64,000 bases of DNA from assembly GCA_010015585.1 (NCBI GenBank), contig ML975159.1. One strand, given 5' to 3'. The first letter of the stretch is position 1; the number at the start of each line of letters is the position of its first letter. Under the pieces are notes generated by a model. The model did no database searches, had not been told where the DNA came from, and saw nothing but the letters and a program-made list of their open reading frames with translations. This DNA comes from Eremomyces bilateralis CBS 781.70 (taxonomy: Eukaryota). Position numbers and translations under genes: made by a program. Of this stretch, positions 21,579 through 31,733 are shown in pieces.

Positions 21579-24500
21579 TCAACGTTGGTCTGGAAACCCC
21601 TGGTAACCGTGCAGAATGCCTGTTCCAGAGCCCATTGACCACTCCGGTTCCTGAACCCCCAACTGGCCCGGGTGTTGACCGTTGGTGTGATTAACCTCTT
21701 CATTGTCGTTCTCGTCCTCATCCGCCTGGTAATCGTCCTCCATACTAAGCACTCCCATCGCGTAATGAATCCGAGCAGTCGGGTTGGAGAGAGCGGATTT
21801 TCTATCCAACTTGAGTTTCTCCAATGGATCAATCTCATCTTCTAGAGGCTGCGTTGGATTGCTGGGGGCGTTTGGAGCGCCCGATTGCGAGCCCATTGGG
21901 ATCTCGTTTCCAATAGCGCGTCCGAAATGCGGTATGTGGCTTTGTCCTCCCGCTGAAGATGAACTCTGCTGAGGCGCCTCCCTGCTCTTCTTGTGAGGAA
22001 CAAGCGAAGCCCGAGGCACAACATTGAATCCGCGAGTATCCCGCCGTGTGTAAGGAGGACCACCTCTGAGCGCTGCATTTTCCCACGCACTCTCGCATCC
22101 CATCGCAATGGCTCCCGCACTTTGAAATCCCGTTCGCCTGTGGATCATGAGAACCCGGTCGACGAGCCATTCACGTTGACTGGGATCCATGAATTGGATG
22201 CCAGCGAAGAACAGTGGCACCGTGATCTCATAAATGGCAGCTCCAAGGGACGGGTTGAGCGGTGCGTGGGGGGCGCCGGACAAGTTCGTACTGCCCATTC
22301 CTCCAGCGCTGTCAATAATCCCTGCTGCAACGCGACCGATTTCTTGCGCACGTTGGGCAGTTTGGTGCCCTGAAACTGCGGCAGCCATCATCGCCGCTGG
22401 TGGCATGGTAGGGTGTGATCTTTGGAGGATGAGATGGCACATGTGATAAAGGCCCCATACCACGGCCCTATCAAAGGAGCGGTATTGCATTGCAGGACCG
22501 AAAGGGGTGTGGACTGTAGGGGCGAATTCCGGGGAGAGTGGCTGGAAATTCGGACCCAGCTCCATCTCAAAAACCGTTAGCGCTTTCAGAATGCTGTTCC
22601 ATTCCTCCAGGGCAGCCGCAGTCGCGGCGGGAAGGTCGGCAATATCTCTGGCCTTTTTGGAGCTTGTAGAAGAGCTGTGTGAGGCGTCGGAGCGTGATGA
22701 GGGTGATGAAGGTCCGGCACGGGGAGGACGTGGAATGAACCGAGCTTGTTTGCGGGCATCGTTGTTCTTGTATGCGGAAGGCATATGTCCTCGTGTCACT
22801 GGCGCCATGCCGAAAAATGGAGGAGGCGCCATGCCAGGAGGAGGCCCATTTGGTGGTCCACCCAATCCAGGAGGCCTCGCGCCTGGAGGAGGCCCATTTG
22901 GTGCCCCACCCAATCCAAGGGGCCCTGTGCCTGGAGGCGGCCCGCCCGGTTGACCTTGCGGATGTCTGGTGAAGTTAGGGGACGCGTGAGGGTTCGAAGG
23001 GAGCGGCGGGCCCGTTGGCTGGGTTCTTGGAACTCCACCACGGTCCGGTTGCGACACCTGTGGCCCTGCTCCCGCACCCAGAGAGGCATCACGTCCTGCT
23101 GGGAAAGCATTGGGGTCCACACTTGGTTGATTCTGGCCAGGCCTGCCAGCCATGCCGCTCGGAGGCCCTCCTCGGCCCATCCCAGGGGGCGGGCCGGGAG
23201 TTTTCCATTGGGGTCCGAACGCTTGCAGTTGGCGAGTCTTCCTTGGTCGATCTCGCGCCGCGAAGTCGGAGATGCGCCCAAGGAGCAGGATCAAATGATC
23301 ATGGGTCCCGTATACAGCAGCCTTGCCCAACTTGGCTCGTGGCGGACAGTCCGTCCACTTGTCGTACGACATGAGTAGCGGTTCTCCGCTGATAATGCTT
23401 TGATAAGCATCCTGTCGGCAGTACCACCAAAAGAGGTCTTGGTAGATATCGTAATGATCCAGGTGAAAGCCTTTCTTTGGGTTGGTTCGGCCCTGAGATG
23501 AAGATCCTTCCGGCTCCACCTGCCCAAAATCATCAAAACGGACCTCCCTTCCAACTAAAGTGCTGAGCACGCCTTCGTCAACCTCATTCGGGGCATCTTT
23601 TCTAGGCTGACTATGGAAACTGCTATTGGCCATTAAGTCCGGCATTAGCTGGGTAGACATAGACAACTGTGCGTCGTGGCTCAAGGAAATATGCCAGTCG
23701 GACATTCCCTTGTGGTTCTGTTTCTGGGAAGCCTCTGCTTCACGAGATTTTCTGAGCTGCTTCGTCATGCCCACATAGTCGATCTCTACAATCAGCTTCT
23801 GTGCGCCCTGAATATGCGTGCTCCATCTCATATGTTCTCCCGCCATGACCTCATAGAACCCAAGAAGCAGACTCGCAGCCAGAGTTGTTGCTTGATGCCG
23901 CTTGCTCTCGTCAGATAAACGCTTGTTGATCCGCTTTATGGCGTAGCCATAATGCTTCAGACTTGGCATTTCGCTAGCGCCCTGCAACTTTGCGATATGC
24001 AAGCTACCAAGCGCAAGCATGACTTGAAGCAGCGCCTGGTCATTAATAGCAAGGACCGGTAATGTATACGTCCACAGGTTCTGCTGGCTTCGGGGTATGT
24101 GGACTTCTGAAAACAGGCCACTTGCATTTCCAGGGTTTCGTTCATAAATGCTCAGACTGGGGCCGGTCGCGTGTATGAAATGGGCAAAGATGCGACGAGT
24201 CGCTTCATTCTTGAGCGGATTCGCAGCATACTCCGGATGATAGATGTCGAGGAGATCCGGCGTGAGGAATGCATCGTATCCCCGCGTCGAGAAATCGGAT
24301 ATGCTTTGCTTGTGCAGCGCTATAAGCGAGTTAAAGTCGTGGTTTTGGTTGGACGCAAGTTCCAGGGCAAACGCTTGGTCGTCCTCTGGCTCGACATCGA
24401 AGAAGTCATCGTCGTGAGATTCGACGGCCCCGGCTTCAAGGATGTCCTGAGCGGTAGTTCTCGGGAACCATACAGCTGAGGCCGGATGAACGTCTGTGGC

Positions 24501-25700
24501 GCCGGAAGAGAATGGTATGTTGTAGGATTTCTGGCTTTCCGAGGTCATGGGGGTTGTAGCGGACGTCTGAATGGATCCGTCAACACTGGGCCCGGAATCT
24601 CCGGTAGTTTGCGGCGCCGGCGGGAGATTCTGGAAGGAGCCATCATTAATAGGAGGAGAGATATCGTCGGAATGAGAAGGGGGGATGAGCCTTGTTTGTT
24701 GGCTTGACTGCCAAGCATGGATCGCGTTGAAGGAGTCATGTTCGAGCCCGTGGCCGGATGCGGTTGGCAACGATGGCTGCGCAGAGGATTGAGGATGAGT
24801 GGATGGGTATGATGAAGTCTGGTCTCGGACTTGAGATGGTTGGGATGCCGTGAACGATGGTTGGCTGAGGTAAGGCGGGTTAGGCGCAGACGCAAACTCA
24901 GGTTTTATATCCACAGTAGTTGATGGCCCTGGATGGGAGTCCTGCGGCTGGATAACAAATTGATTTTGATACCCTTGGATACCATCCATCCCAGGGGTCT
25001 GTGGAGGTGCCGTCCAAGACGATGAGAGTTGGGGCGGGGTGAAGTTATTGTTCTGACCGAATTTCGCCACATGCTGCTGATCGCTGGATTGGGTACTCGG
25101 AGGTGCTTGATATTGAGCAGGGAAAGGAAATACGGTGGTTAGACCTGAGGGAGGTGGACCTGGTGCATTTATGAAGATGCCATGAAACGGCTGCTGATGT
25201 GACGAGGAAACAGGCGCGAAACTCGCAGAGAAGGGTTGTACGGTAGGCGGCGCGGGGTTTGACTGGGCATGATTCATAGAGAGGTCTTGAGTGAATCCGT
25301 AACCCCCATAACCGGCTGGGGCGCTTTGCAGAGGGGTCGCTATGGGGGACTGTTGCGAATGTCCCTGGACCTGCGAAGGTTCCGGTCTATACTCGCGCAG
25401 AGCACTTCCTGGCATGCCACCGGTGTGGTATTGAAGCGTATGGATTCCAGTATTACTAGGCCAGTTGTCTATCGGAGGCTTGAATATCACTCGCTGGTTG
25501 TAGCCTTCGCAATGCCGTTTCGACTTGATGCAGTTTCCGCACACCGGCTTCTCTTCGCCGCATTTGATTCGACGTTTCCGACATGTCAGGCAACCTGTCT
25601 TCGTCCGCTTTCTTAACCGGGGATTTGGTGCGTTGGGTCTCGAGGACATGGGCTCGAAGCCCTCCATCTGCGAAGGGACATGCGCCTGGACTTCGGCCAT
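21579..25700 (-). CDS. Large Zn(II)2Cys6 transcription factor with a Fungal_trans_2-type domain (Moc3-like); single exon, about 1373 aa
   Basis: Cluster RKRTKTGCLTCRKRRIKCGEEKPVCGNCIKSKRHCEGYNQRVIFK. Middle blocks FAHFIHATGPSLSIYER, ALGSLHIAKLQ, LLLGFYEV and LFWWYCRQDAYQSIISG. First ATG is at 25700. Confidence 0.9.
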   Translation of the reverse strand: MAEVQAHVPSQMEGFEPMSSRPNAPNPRLRKRTKTGCLTCRKRRIKCGEEKPVCGNCIKSKRHCEGYNQRVIFKPPIDNWPSNTGIHTLQYHTGGMPGSALREYRPEPSQVQGHSQQSPIATPLQSAPAGYGGYGFTQDLSMNHAQSNPAPPTVQPFSASFAPVSSSHQQPFHGIFINAPGPPPSGLTTVFPFPAQYQAPPSTQSSDQQHVAKFGQNNNFTPPQLSSSWTAPPQTPGMDGIQGYQNQFVIQPQDSHPGPSTTVDIKPEFASAPNPPYLSQPSFTASQPSQVRDQTSSYPSTHPQSSAQPSLPTASGHGLEHDSFNAIHAWQSSQQTRLIPPSHSDDISPPINDGSFQNLPPAPQTTGDSGPSVDGSIQTSATTPMTSESQKSYNIPFSSGATDVHPASAVWFPRTTAQDILEAGAVESHDDDFFDVEPEDDQAFALELASNQNHDFNSLIALHKQSISDFSTRGYDAFLTPDLLDIYHPEYAANPLKNEATRRIFAHFIHATGPSLSIYERNPGNASGLFSEVHIPRSQQNLWTYTLPVLAINDQALLQVMLALGSLHIAKLQGASEMPSLKHYGYAIKRINKRLSDESKRHQATTLAASLLLGFYEVMAGEHMRWSTHIQGAQKLIVEIDYVGMTKQLRKSREAEASQKQNHKGMSDWHISLSHDAQLSMSTQLMPDLMANSSFHSQPRKDAPNEVDEGVLSTLVGREVRFDDFGQVEPEGSSSQGRTNPKKGFHLDHYDIYQDLFWWYCRQDAYQSIISGEPLLMSYDKWTDCPPRAKLGKAAVYGTHDHLILLLGRISDFAARDRPRKTRQLQAFGPQWKTPGPPPGMGRGGPPSGMAGRPGQNQPSVDPNAFPAGRDASLGAGAGPQVSQPDRGGVPRTQPTGPPLPSNPHASPNFTRHPQGQPGGPPPGTGPLGLGGAPNGPPPGARPPGLGGPPNGPPPGMAPPPFFGMAPVTRGHMPSAYKNNDARKQARFIPRPPRAGPSSPSSRSDASHSSSTSSKKARDIADLPAATAAALEEWNSILKALTVFEMELGPNFQPLSPEFAPTVHTPFGPAMQYRSFDRAVVWGLYHMCHLILQRSHPTMPPAAMMAAAVSGHQTAQRAQEIGRVAAGIIDSAGGMGSTNLSGAPHAPLNPSLGAAIYEITVPLFFAGIQFMDPSQREWLVDRVLMIHRRTGFQSAGAIAMGCESAWENAALRGGPPYTRRDTRGFNVVPRASLVPHKKSREAPQQSSSSAGGQSHIPHFGRAIGNEIPMGSQSGAPNAPSNPTQPLEDEIDPLEKLKLDRKSALSNPTARIHYAMGVLSMEDDYQADEDENDNEEVNHTNGQHPGQLGVQEPEWSMGSGTGILHGYQGFPDQR
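22834..22943. repeat. 48-bp coding tandem duplication in the Gly/Pro-rich insert of the C6 factor
   Basis: Units start at 22834, 22882 and 22930 (ccWggaggaggcccatttggtg...) and encode GG(A/P)PNGPPPG repeats. Confidence 0.7.
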
Positions 25701-26252
25701 ACTCGTGGGTATGCGATCGCGAGTTCGAGTCCGTTCGTGGAGGGTGAATGCACGGAAGGGATGAGATATCCTGGATTCCTGTCCTTCCACGAGAGGAACG
25801 ATAGCGTCTGATATATTCTCTCAAAGGGCCGTAGGTGTATTAACCTGTCGAATCACTTCATGAGTGTCTGGATGTGCAAGATCATCCAGGCGAGGCAATT
25901 CCTAACGCGACATGGTCGTTGGTGTGGCCAGAACAGCCATTGAAGCTGGTAAGTCCAGGGTTCCTGGAAGACAAAGAAACCACGTCAGTCGCCCTTGAAT
26001 GAACAATGGCGAAGGTAAGTGCAAAAGAAGACAGAGTTATTCGAGCAGGACTTGAGCAAAGAAAATGAGAAAATGAAAGCCATTCAAAGGGGCAATTGTT
26101 GCGAACTGTGAAGGAGACAAGGTTAGGTTAAACCGGGCCGTTCTGCGGGGGGGCAGTCGATACAGATCCGGGTATCGACTCCTGGGTTGCGCTAAGTATT
26201 GTGAGTCAACTGCGCGGGCCTACGGGTGACCAGTGCTGCATATCGGGATACC

Positions 26253-26336
26253 AAGTAGTAAGTTAGTTAACTAAGTTAAGTTAGACTGTTAACTTAGTTA
26301 GTAGTTAGTCAGGTAAGTAATAAGTTTAAACTTAAA
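26253..26336. repeat. AT/TpA-rich low-complexity island of AGTTA/AGTAA units containing a 12-bp inverted repeat
   Basis: Stem taactaagttaa (26268-26279) pairs with ttaacttagtta (26289-26300) around a 9-nt loop. Palindromes ttagttaactaa and aagtttaaactt are also present. Confidence 0.65.
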
Positions 26337-28368
26337 CCGCCACTATATCCGGCTAGGTGCATCTCCGTCCTATGAAATACTGTGTACAGACAAGTGTTGT
26401 CGTATGTACTGTGCACTGCAGGATTATCGCCGACTGCCGCCTCATCGTCCCCGCCCTACCATCAAACGGTGGTCCCCGAAACAGGAAGCACAGAGGAAAC
26501 CAGGACGACACCAAGCGCCAAAAGTCGAGCGCCTCCGACCGGCGACCAACGATCCAGCGTTGGGATCAACGTTGCACGATCCTCAACTGCGATAGACTAC
26601 TGCGGTCCGGCTTACCGTATTGGGTATTAGTTGGGTTGTGGATCGGCGCTATGCACGGCATTTGCCGTGTGTCCCGTATTCAGAAGCGTACTCCGTATTA
26701 AACGTCCATTGAGGTGGAATTGAAAGCCTCCTGCATGAAATGCAAGCGATGTCTCCGAGAGAAGGGTTCAGATATCAGCCATTCAGCCTCCCAGTTCCCA
26801 GATCACCAAGTTGGTAGCTCACTTCATTTGGCACAGACTGCTTGCGGAATGCGGGGACATACGAAATACAGTATGTAATGCTAGAAATCTGGTACGGTAT
26901 GATCGTTGCCAGGGTACGGAAATAACGCGTGGTATGAACCGCTTTCTCCATAATTACCGGCTCAGAATCTCAGATGCCCATTTGTTGCGGGCCTGTCGCA
27001 GTTTTGGTTTGGACTTTTGCAGATGTGGAGTTCCACCAGAAGAACATTTAGCCTGCACTATCAATTCGTCGCAGACTCGCAGTATTACGGATGGCTAATA
27101 TTAATAGAGCCAAGCTTTTGTCGTTCTGCAGGATGAATTTGACACAACGCCCACGAGGCACGAAAGGATCCGGGTTGCTCTGGTAGTGAGCGGGCAGGGG
27201 GTAGACTATAGACCAGAGACAGGAGAACTAGAGGCGTTCCAAGCCGTTGTCTTTGACGCACTCTCAAATCCGATAGAACGGCTTGATAGATACAAGTTCC
27301 GTAAGTCGCATTCATCCTTGCAGCACCACCAAACCCCAATCACCACCCGGAATATGGGTAACTACGTAGCTCGTTCATATTGCCTCCGATGTAATTGGGG
27401 TTTCCATTAGACTTTAGCGCTTTCTGTCCATATCCCCCTTGGCCGTAGTGACAGGTGGCATTTCTACTGACTTGCTCGCGACAATTGTGCCACCGGGTCA
27501 CACCAGGAGTTTCCGCGATTGGGCTGCAAGCCCGACCTAGCACCGTTCCCCAGTTACTGGTTGAATGGTTTGGGATGGTGACGCCCCTCCCGCCGACCTC
27601 GCCAATGAACTCCCATCGGCCACTCCGGACGCTTTTCGGCCAGTTTCCCCTCAATAGCTCTATCCTCACGTTCTCATCCAAATGTTCCCGAGAAACTCCC
27701 CGCAGGCCGTAGGTCTTCCAATTTTCTGTCTTCGCCAGTCGATCAGAGTGGCCGACTAGGATCCAGGGGGGGCCGACACCACTCTAGACCACAATCGAAC
27801 TGACTGAGGGGGCACAGGATGCCAAAATCAGTGTCCACAGTCGTCGAAAATGCAAGATGTGCTTATTGTTCAGTACCTTACGTAAGAAGTTGATTCAACT
27901 GTTGAAATGCGTTTGAGGAAAGTGGGCAACAGGCCAACAGCCGACACTCCAACAGGTCGTTGAGGTTCACCATCCACCTAGGGGGAGCTAGGCCCGCCGC
28001 CGCCAGAGAGGTTCACTTGGAGCCCGTGGAGGCGTCCTACGAACCCTATTTTGACTACACAGTACGCCCCACGTTTCCCGACATGCAGAGTGCTTGCAGT
28101 GGAATTTCAAAACTAGAATCGATGGTTCTCCAGCCCTTTAACGGGCTTTACTCTTTCTACGGGACGGTAAGCTGAGACGCCGGAGAGAAGCCAATGCACA
28201 GAAGAGTCATAATAGTCCTCAGTATCGCAACGAAATGTAACTGCAGAGCTAATGCTGGTGCACTGGTCGGTATTTCCAGGACGGTCCCCCTCCCACGCTG
28301 TAGCTAAGATGGCCGTGATCATGAACGCTAGAATTGGCAGAAAAGCAAAAGATATCCCCCCTGTCCTT

Positions 28369-30860
28369 CTACCATTCTAACGGCTCCTTCTTCACTTCCC
28401 CCCGGTTTGTCTTGGGCACTGGCAGTGCCTCGATCATGGTCGCGCCTCCGATTCCCTTCCTCTTCAAGTACCCCCGTCCATCCAACCACGGATAGTCCCG
28501 AGTTCTCCGCCCCTCGAATCGTTTGATCTGATCCTCCACCTGCATCGTCAATCCGATGTCGTCCAGCCCGTTCACCAAGCAGTGTTTCCGGAAGCTCTCC
28601 ACCTCGAACTGCGCGAGCGCGTTGCCATCCGCGTCCTTGATGACTTGGTTGGGCAGATCGACCTCGATCTCCTTGCCGGCGGACGCCTCCGCAGCGATGC
28701 GAGCGAGGACGACGGCGTCGGGTATCCGGATCGGCAGCATGCCGTTCTTGAAGCAGTTGTTGTAGAAGATGTCGCCGTAGCTCGGGGCGATGACGCATTT
28801 GATGCCGAAGTCGAGGAGAGCCCAAGGCGCGTGTTCTCGACTGCTTCCGCAGCCGAAATTGTCGCCCGTGCACACCAAGATCTTCGAGTTTCGGTACGGC
28901 TCCTTATTGAGGATAAAGTTTGGATTTTCTGCGCCAGTTTTCGGATCATACCGCCAGGCATGGAAGAGAGCGACTGCGAGGCCGGAGCGTTTGATGGTTT
29001 TGAGGAATTGCTTGGGGATGATGGCATCGGTGTCGATATTCGAGATCTCCATTGGGGCGACGATGCCTTTGTGCTGAAGGAACTTAGGCATCCCAGCGGA
29101 CGAGCGCGGTGCGGCGGTTTTGTCCTCCTCGGGGGTCTGGGGGTCGTCGATGATTCGGTCTAGATCACCGTCCGACTCGATGTCCGCCATGTGTGCCGGC
29201 TCGTCCACCTCGACCGTGGCCTTGATCGGAGCAGCCTTAGCGTCGAACCCGGCGATGCTCCGTACATCTGTCAGCTTCCCCGTGAGAGCTGCTGCTGCTG
29301 CCATTGCTGGAGACATCAAATGAGTCCTTCCGCCTGCACCTTGGCGGCCCTCGAAATTTCGGTTTGAGGTGCTCGCACAGCGCTCACCGGGGGAGAGGAT
29401 GTCGGGATTCATGCCCAAGCACATGGAGCATCCTGCCTCCCTCCAGTCGAAGCCAGCGTCGGTGAAGATCTGGTCCAGGCCTTCACCTTCCGCTTGCCGC
29501 TTCACGAGACCCGAGCCGGGAACGATCATGGCGAGCTTCAAATTTGAGGCGATCTTTTTGCCTTTAACGATGGCGGCGGCGGCACGGAGATCTTCAATCC
29601 GAGCATTTGTGCAGGAACCAATGAAGATCTTGTCGAGCGTGATATCCTGTATCGGTGTTCCGGCTGTGAGACCCATGTACTCCAAAGAGCGAATGCACGC
29701 ATTTTTCCGAGACTGATCTTCGAAATCGTCAGGACCTGGCACCACTCCCGTGATGGGCACAACGTCTTGCGGCGAAGTTCCCCATGAGACTGTTGGGATG
29801 ATGTCCGTTGCCTTGATGAAAAGGTCAATATCGTATTTCGCGTCCGGATCCGACTTGAGACTCGTCCAGTACGCAACCGCCTTATTCCATTCGGCACTAT
29901 CCGGCTTCGGAGCCAACGGACGATTTCGGAGGTAGTCAAACGTCGTCTCGTCCGGTGCCACCATCCCCGCGCGAGCACCGCCCTCGATGGACATATTACA
30001 CAAGGACATACGGGCTTCCATACTCAATCCACGTATCGCCGAGCCGCAGAATTCCACTACGCAACCGGTACCACCAGCTGTCCCGATAACTCCGATAACG
30101 TAGAGAATGATGTCCTTGCTCGTCACGCCCGGAGTGAGCTCCCCGTCCACCTGGATTCGCATGTTCTTGCTCCGTCGTGTGATGAGCGTCTGCGTAGCGA
30201 GAACATGCTCGACCTCGCTGGTTCCGATCCCGAAAGCAAGCGAACCGAATGCTCCGTGGGTGGAGGTATGGCTGTCACCGCAGACGACCGTCGTGCCCGG
30301 AAGAGTAAATCCTTGCTCCGGCCCGATGATGTGCACGATCCCTTGCCGCTTGTCTCCGAGACCGAAATAGGTGAGCTCGAAGTCTTTGACATTTTGCTCC
30401 AGGGTGACGGATTGTATTCTCGAGTCGGGCTCGCGGATGAACTCAGCGACGGTCTTGAAGTTTTTTCGGGATGAGGTGGGGACGTTCTGGAAGTTACTGT
30501 TAGCTGCGACCTCGCATCTCGGAGCAATTCACCACGAACATGATCGACTGTCGCCAACGTGCAGTCAGGTCTTCGGACTTTTCTTCCCGCATTTTTTAAG
30601 CCCTCGAATGCTTGCTGTTACTTCGGTTAGCATGCGAGTGTGTGGATTCAGAGACTCGAGCGGCAACGCACGGGAGATGTGACTTCGTGGACCAGATGTC
30701 GGTCTACAGCGCAATTAGCTTGATGGTCGAAATCTAGCGACTGGCGAGGAGAGGACTCACCGATGTAAAGGAGAATTGTGCCATCGTCTTTCTCATTAAC
30801 GATGTGTGCCTCGAACACTTTGTCGTACAGCGTTTGCGGGGGTTTCACAGCGGACGGCAT
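28369..30860 (-). CDS. LEU1: 3-isopropylmalate dehydratase (fungal fused LeuC+LeuD type); exons 30860-30761, 30703-30672, 30614-30540, 30486-28369
   Basis: Spliced TLYDKV...[21 protein letters not shown]...[41 protein letters not shown] and [12 protein letters not shown]; small-subunit motifs [13 protein letters not shown] and [15 protein letters not shown]. Confidence 0.97.
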
Positions 30861-31027
30861 GGTGGTGGAATCAACCTTGTTTCCTTGATTATGATGCGGT
30901 TGTTAGAGTAGCAGTCCTTGTATGACAGTCGGCGTGTAATCCGAACGAGTAAATGGTTCCAAGGAGTCGATATCTTGCAGAGAGCAAAAGCGGAGGTGAT
31001 ATAGGAATTGCAAACCAAAGTTAAGAT

Positions 31028-31037
31028 CCGAGATCGG
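31028..31037. promoter_or_regulatory. Leu3/LeuB-type site CCG-N4-CGG (CCGAGATCGG), about 170 bp upstream of LEU1
   Basis: Matches the CCGN4CGG consensus; flanks extend the symmetry (tCCGagatCGGa). Confidence 0.5.
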
Positions 31038-31374
31038 AGAGGTGGGGGATTCGGCTATGGAGCATCATGCTACACACTCGGTGGCGTCAACCAATAAGAG
31101 AAGATGCAAAGGTCATAGTGCTGATCTATTAAATCCATGCATCCATCGGCTTGTCCGCGATCGTAAGATGGTTTGGATTTGTTAACAACCACCGTGATTG
31201 GCCATTGGGGAGTTCGTTGCGTCTACTGCGGTCTACAAAGGCACTTCATCATTGATAATGCTAAGTATAGTAAGTATTACTGTGTAATTGTAGTAATAGT
31301 GACTTACCGTACCTATACTGCGGGATCGGACTAGATTCGGGAGATGGCTACAGCCCAGACTAAATAGTAGACGA

Positions 31375-31384
31375 CCGATACCGG
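31375..31384. promoter_or_regulatory. Second Leu3/LeuB-type site CCG-N4-CGG (CCGATACCGG), about 515 bp upstream of LEU1
   Basis: gaCCGatacCGGtc, with extended inverted symmetry. Confidence 0.5.
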
Positions 31385-31733
31385 TCTTATTCGCCCCCCT
31401 CGCGCTACGGTACGAGTATCAAAATACAGTTTATACCACTTCAATCTATCGCATTGCATAATCGATGGATTTGAGACCAATTCAGCTAATCCATTGAACC
31501 CAACAGTATGTTTCTCTCCGTAGAGAGCCCCGAAATGAGCGATGTCGGCCGCAACATCTATCCTCCCCGCAGAGTGCGGAGTGCGGAGTGCTCGACCTTC
31601 AAGATAGCTAGGTTACGCAATCAACGGAGTCCCTAAACCGGAACTGGAAGCTATGAAGGAGACTCCGGGATCAAATGGTGGAGGATACGACCTAAGCGGC
31701 ATCTCAAGGGATCCAGTCCCCTGACTGCTGACA

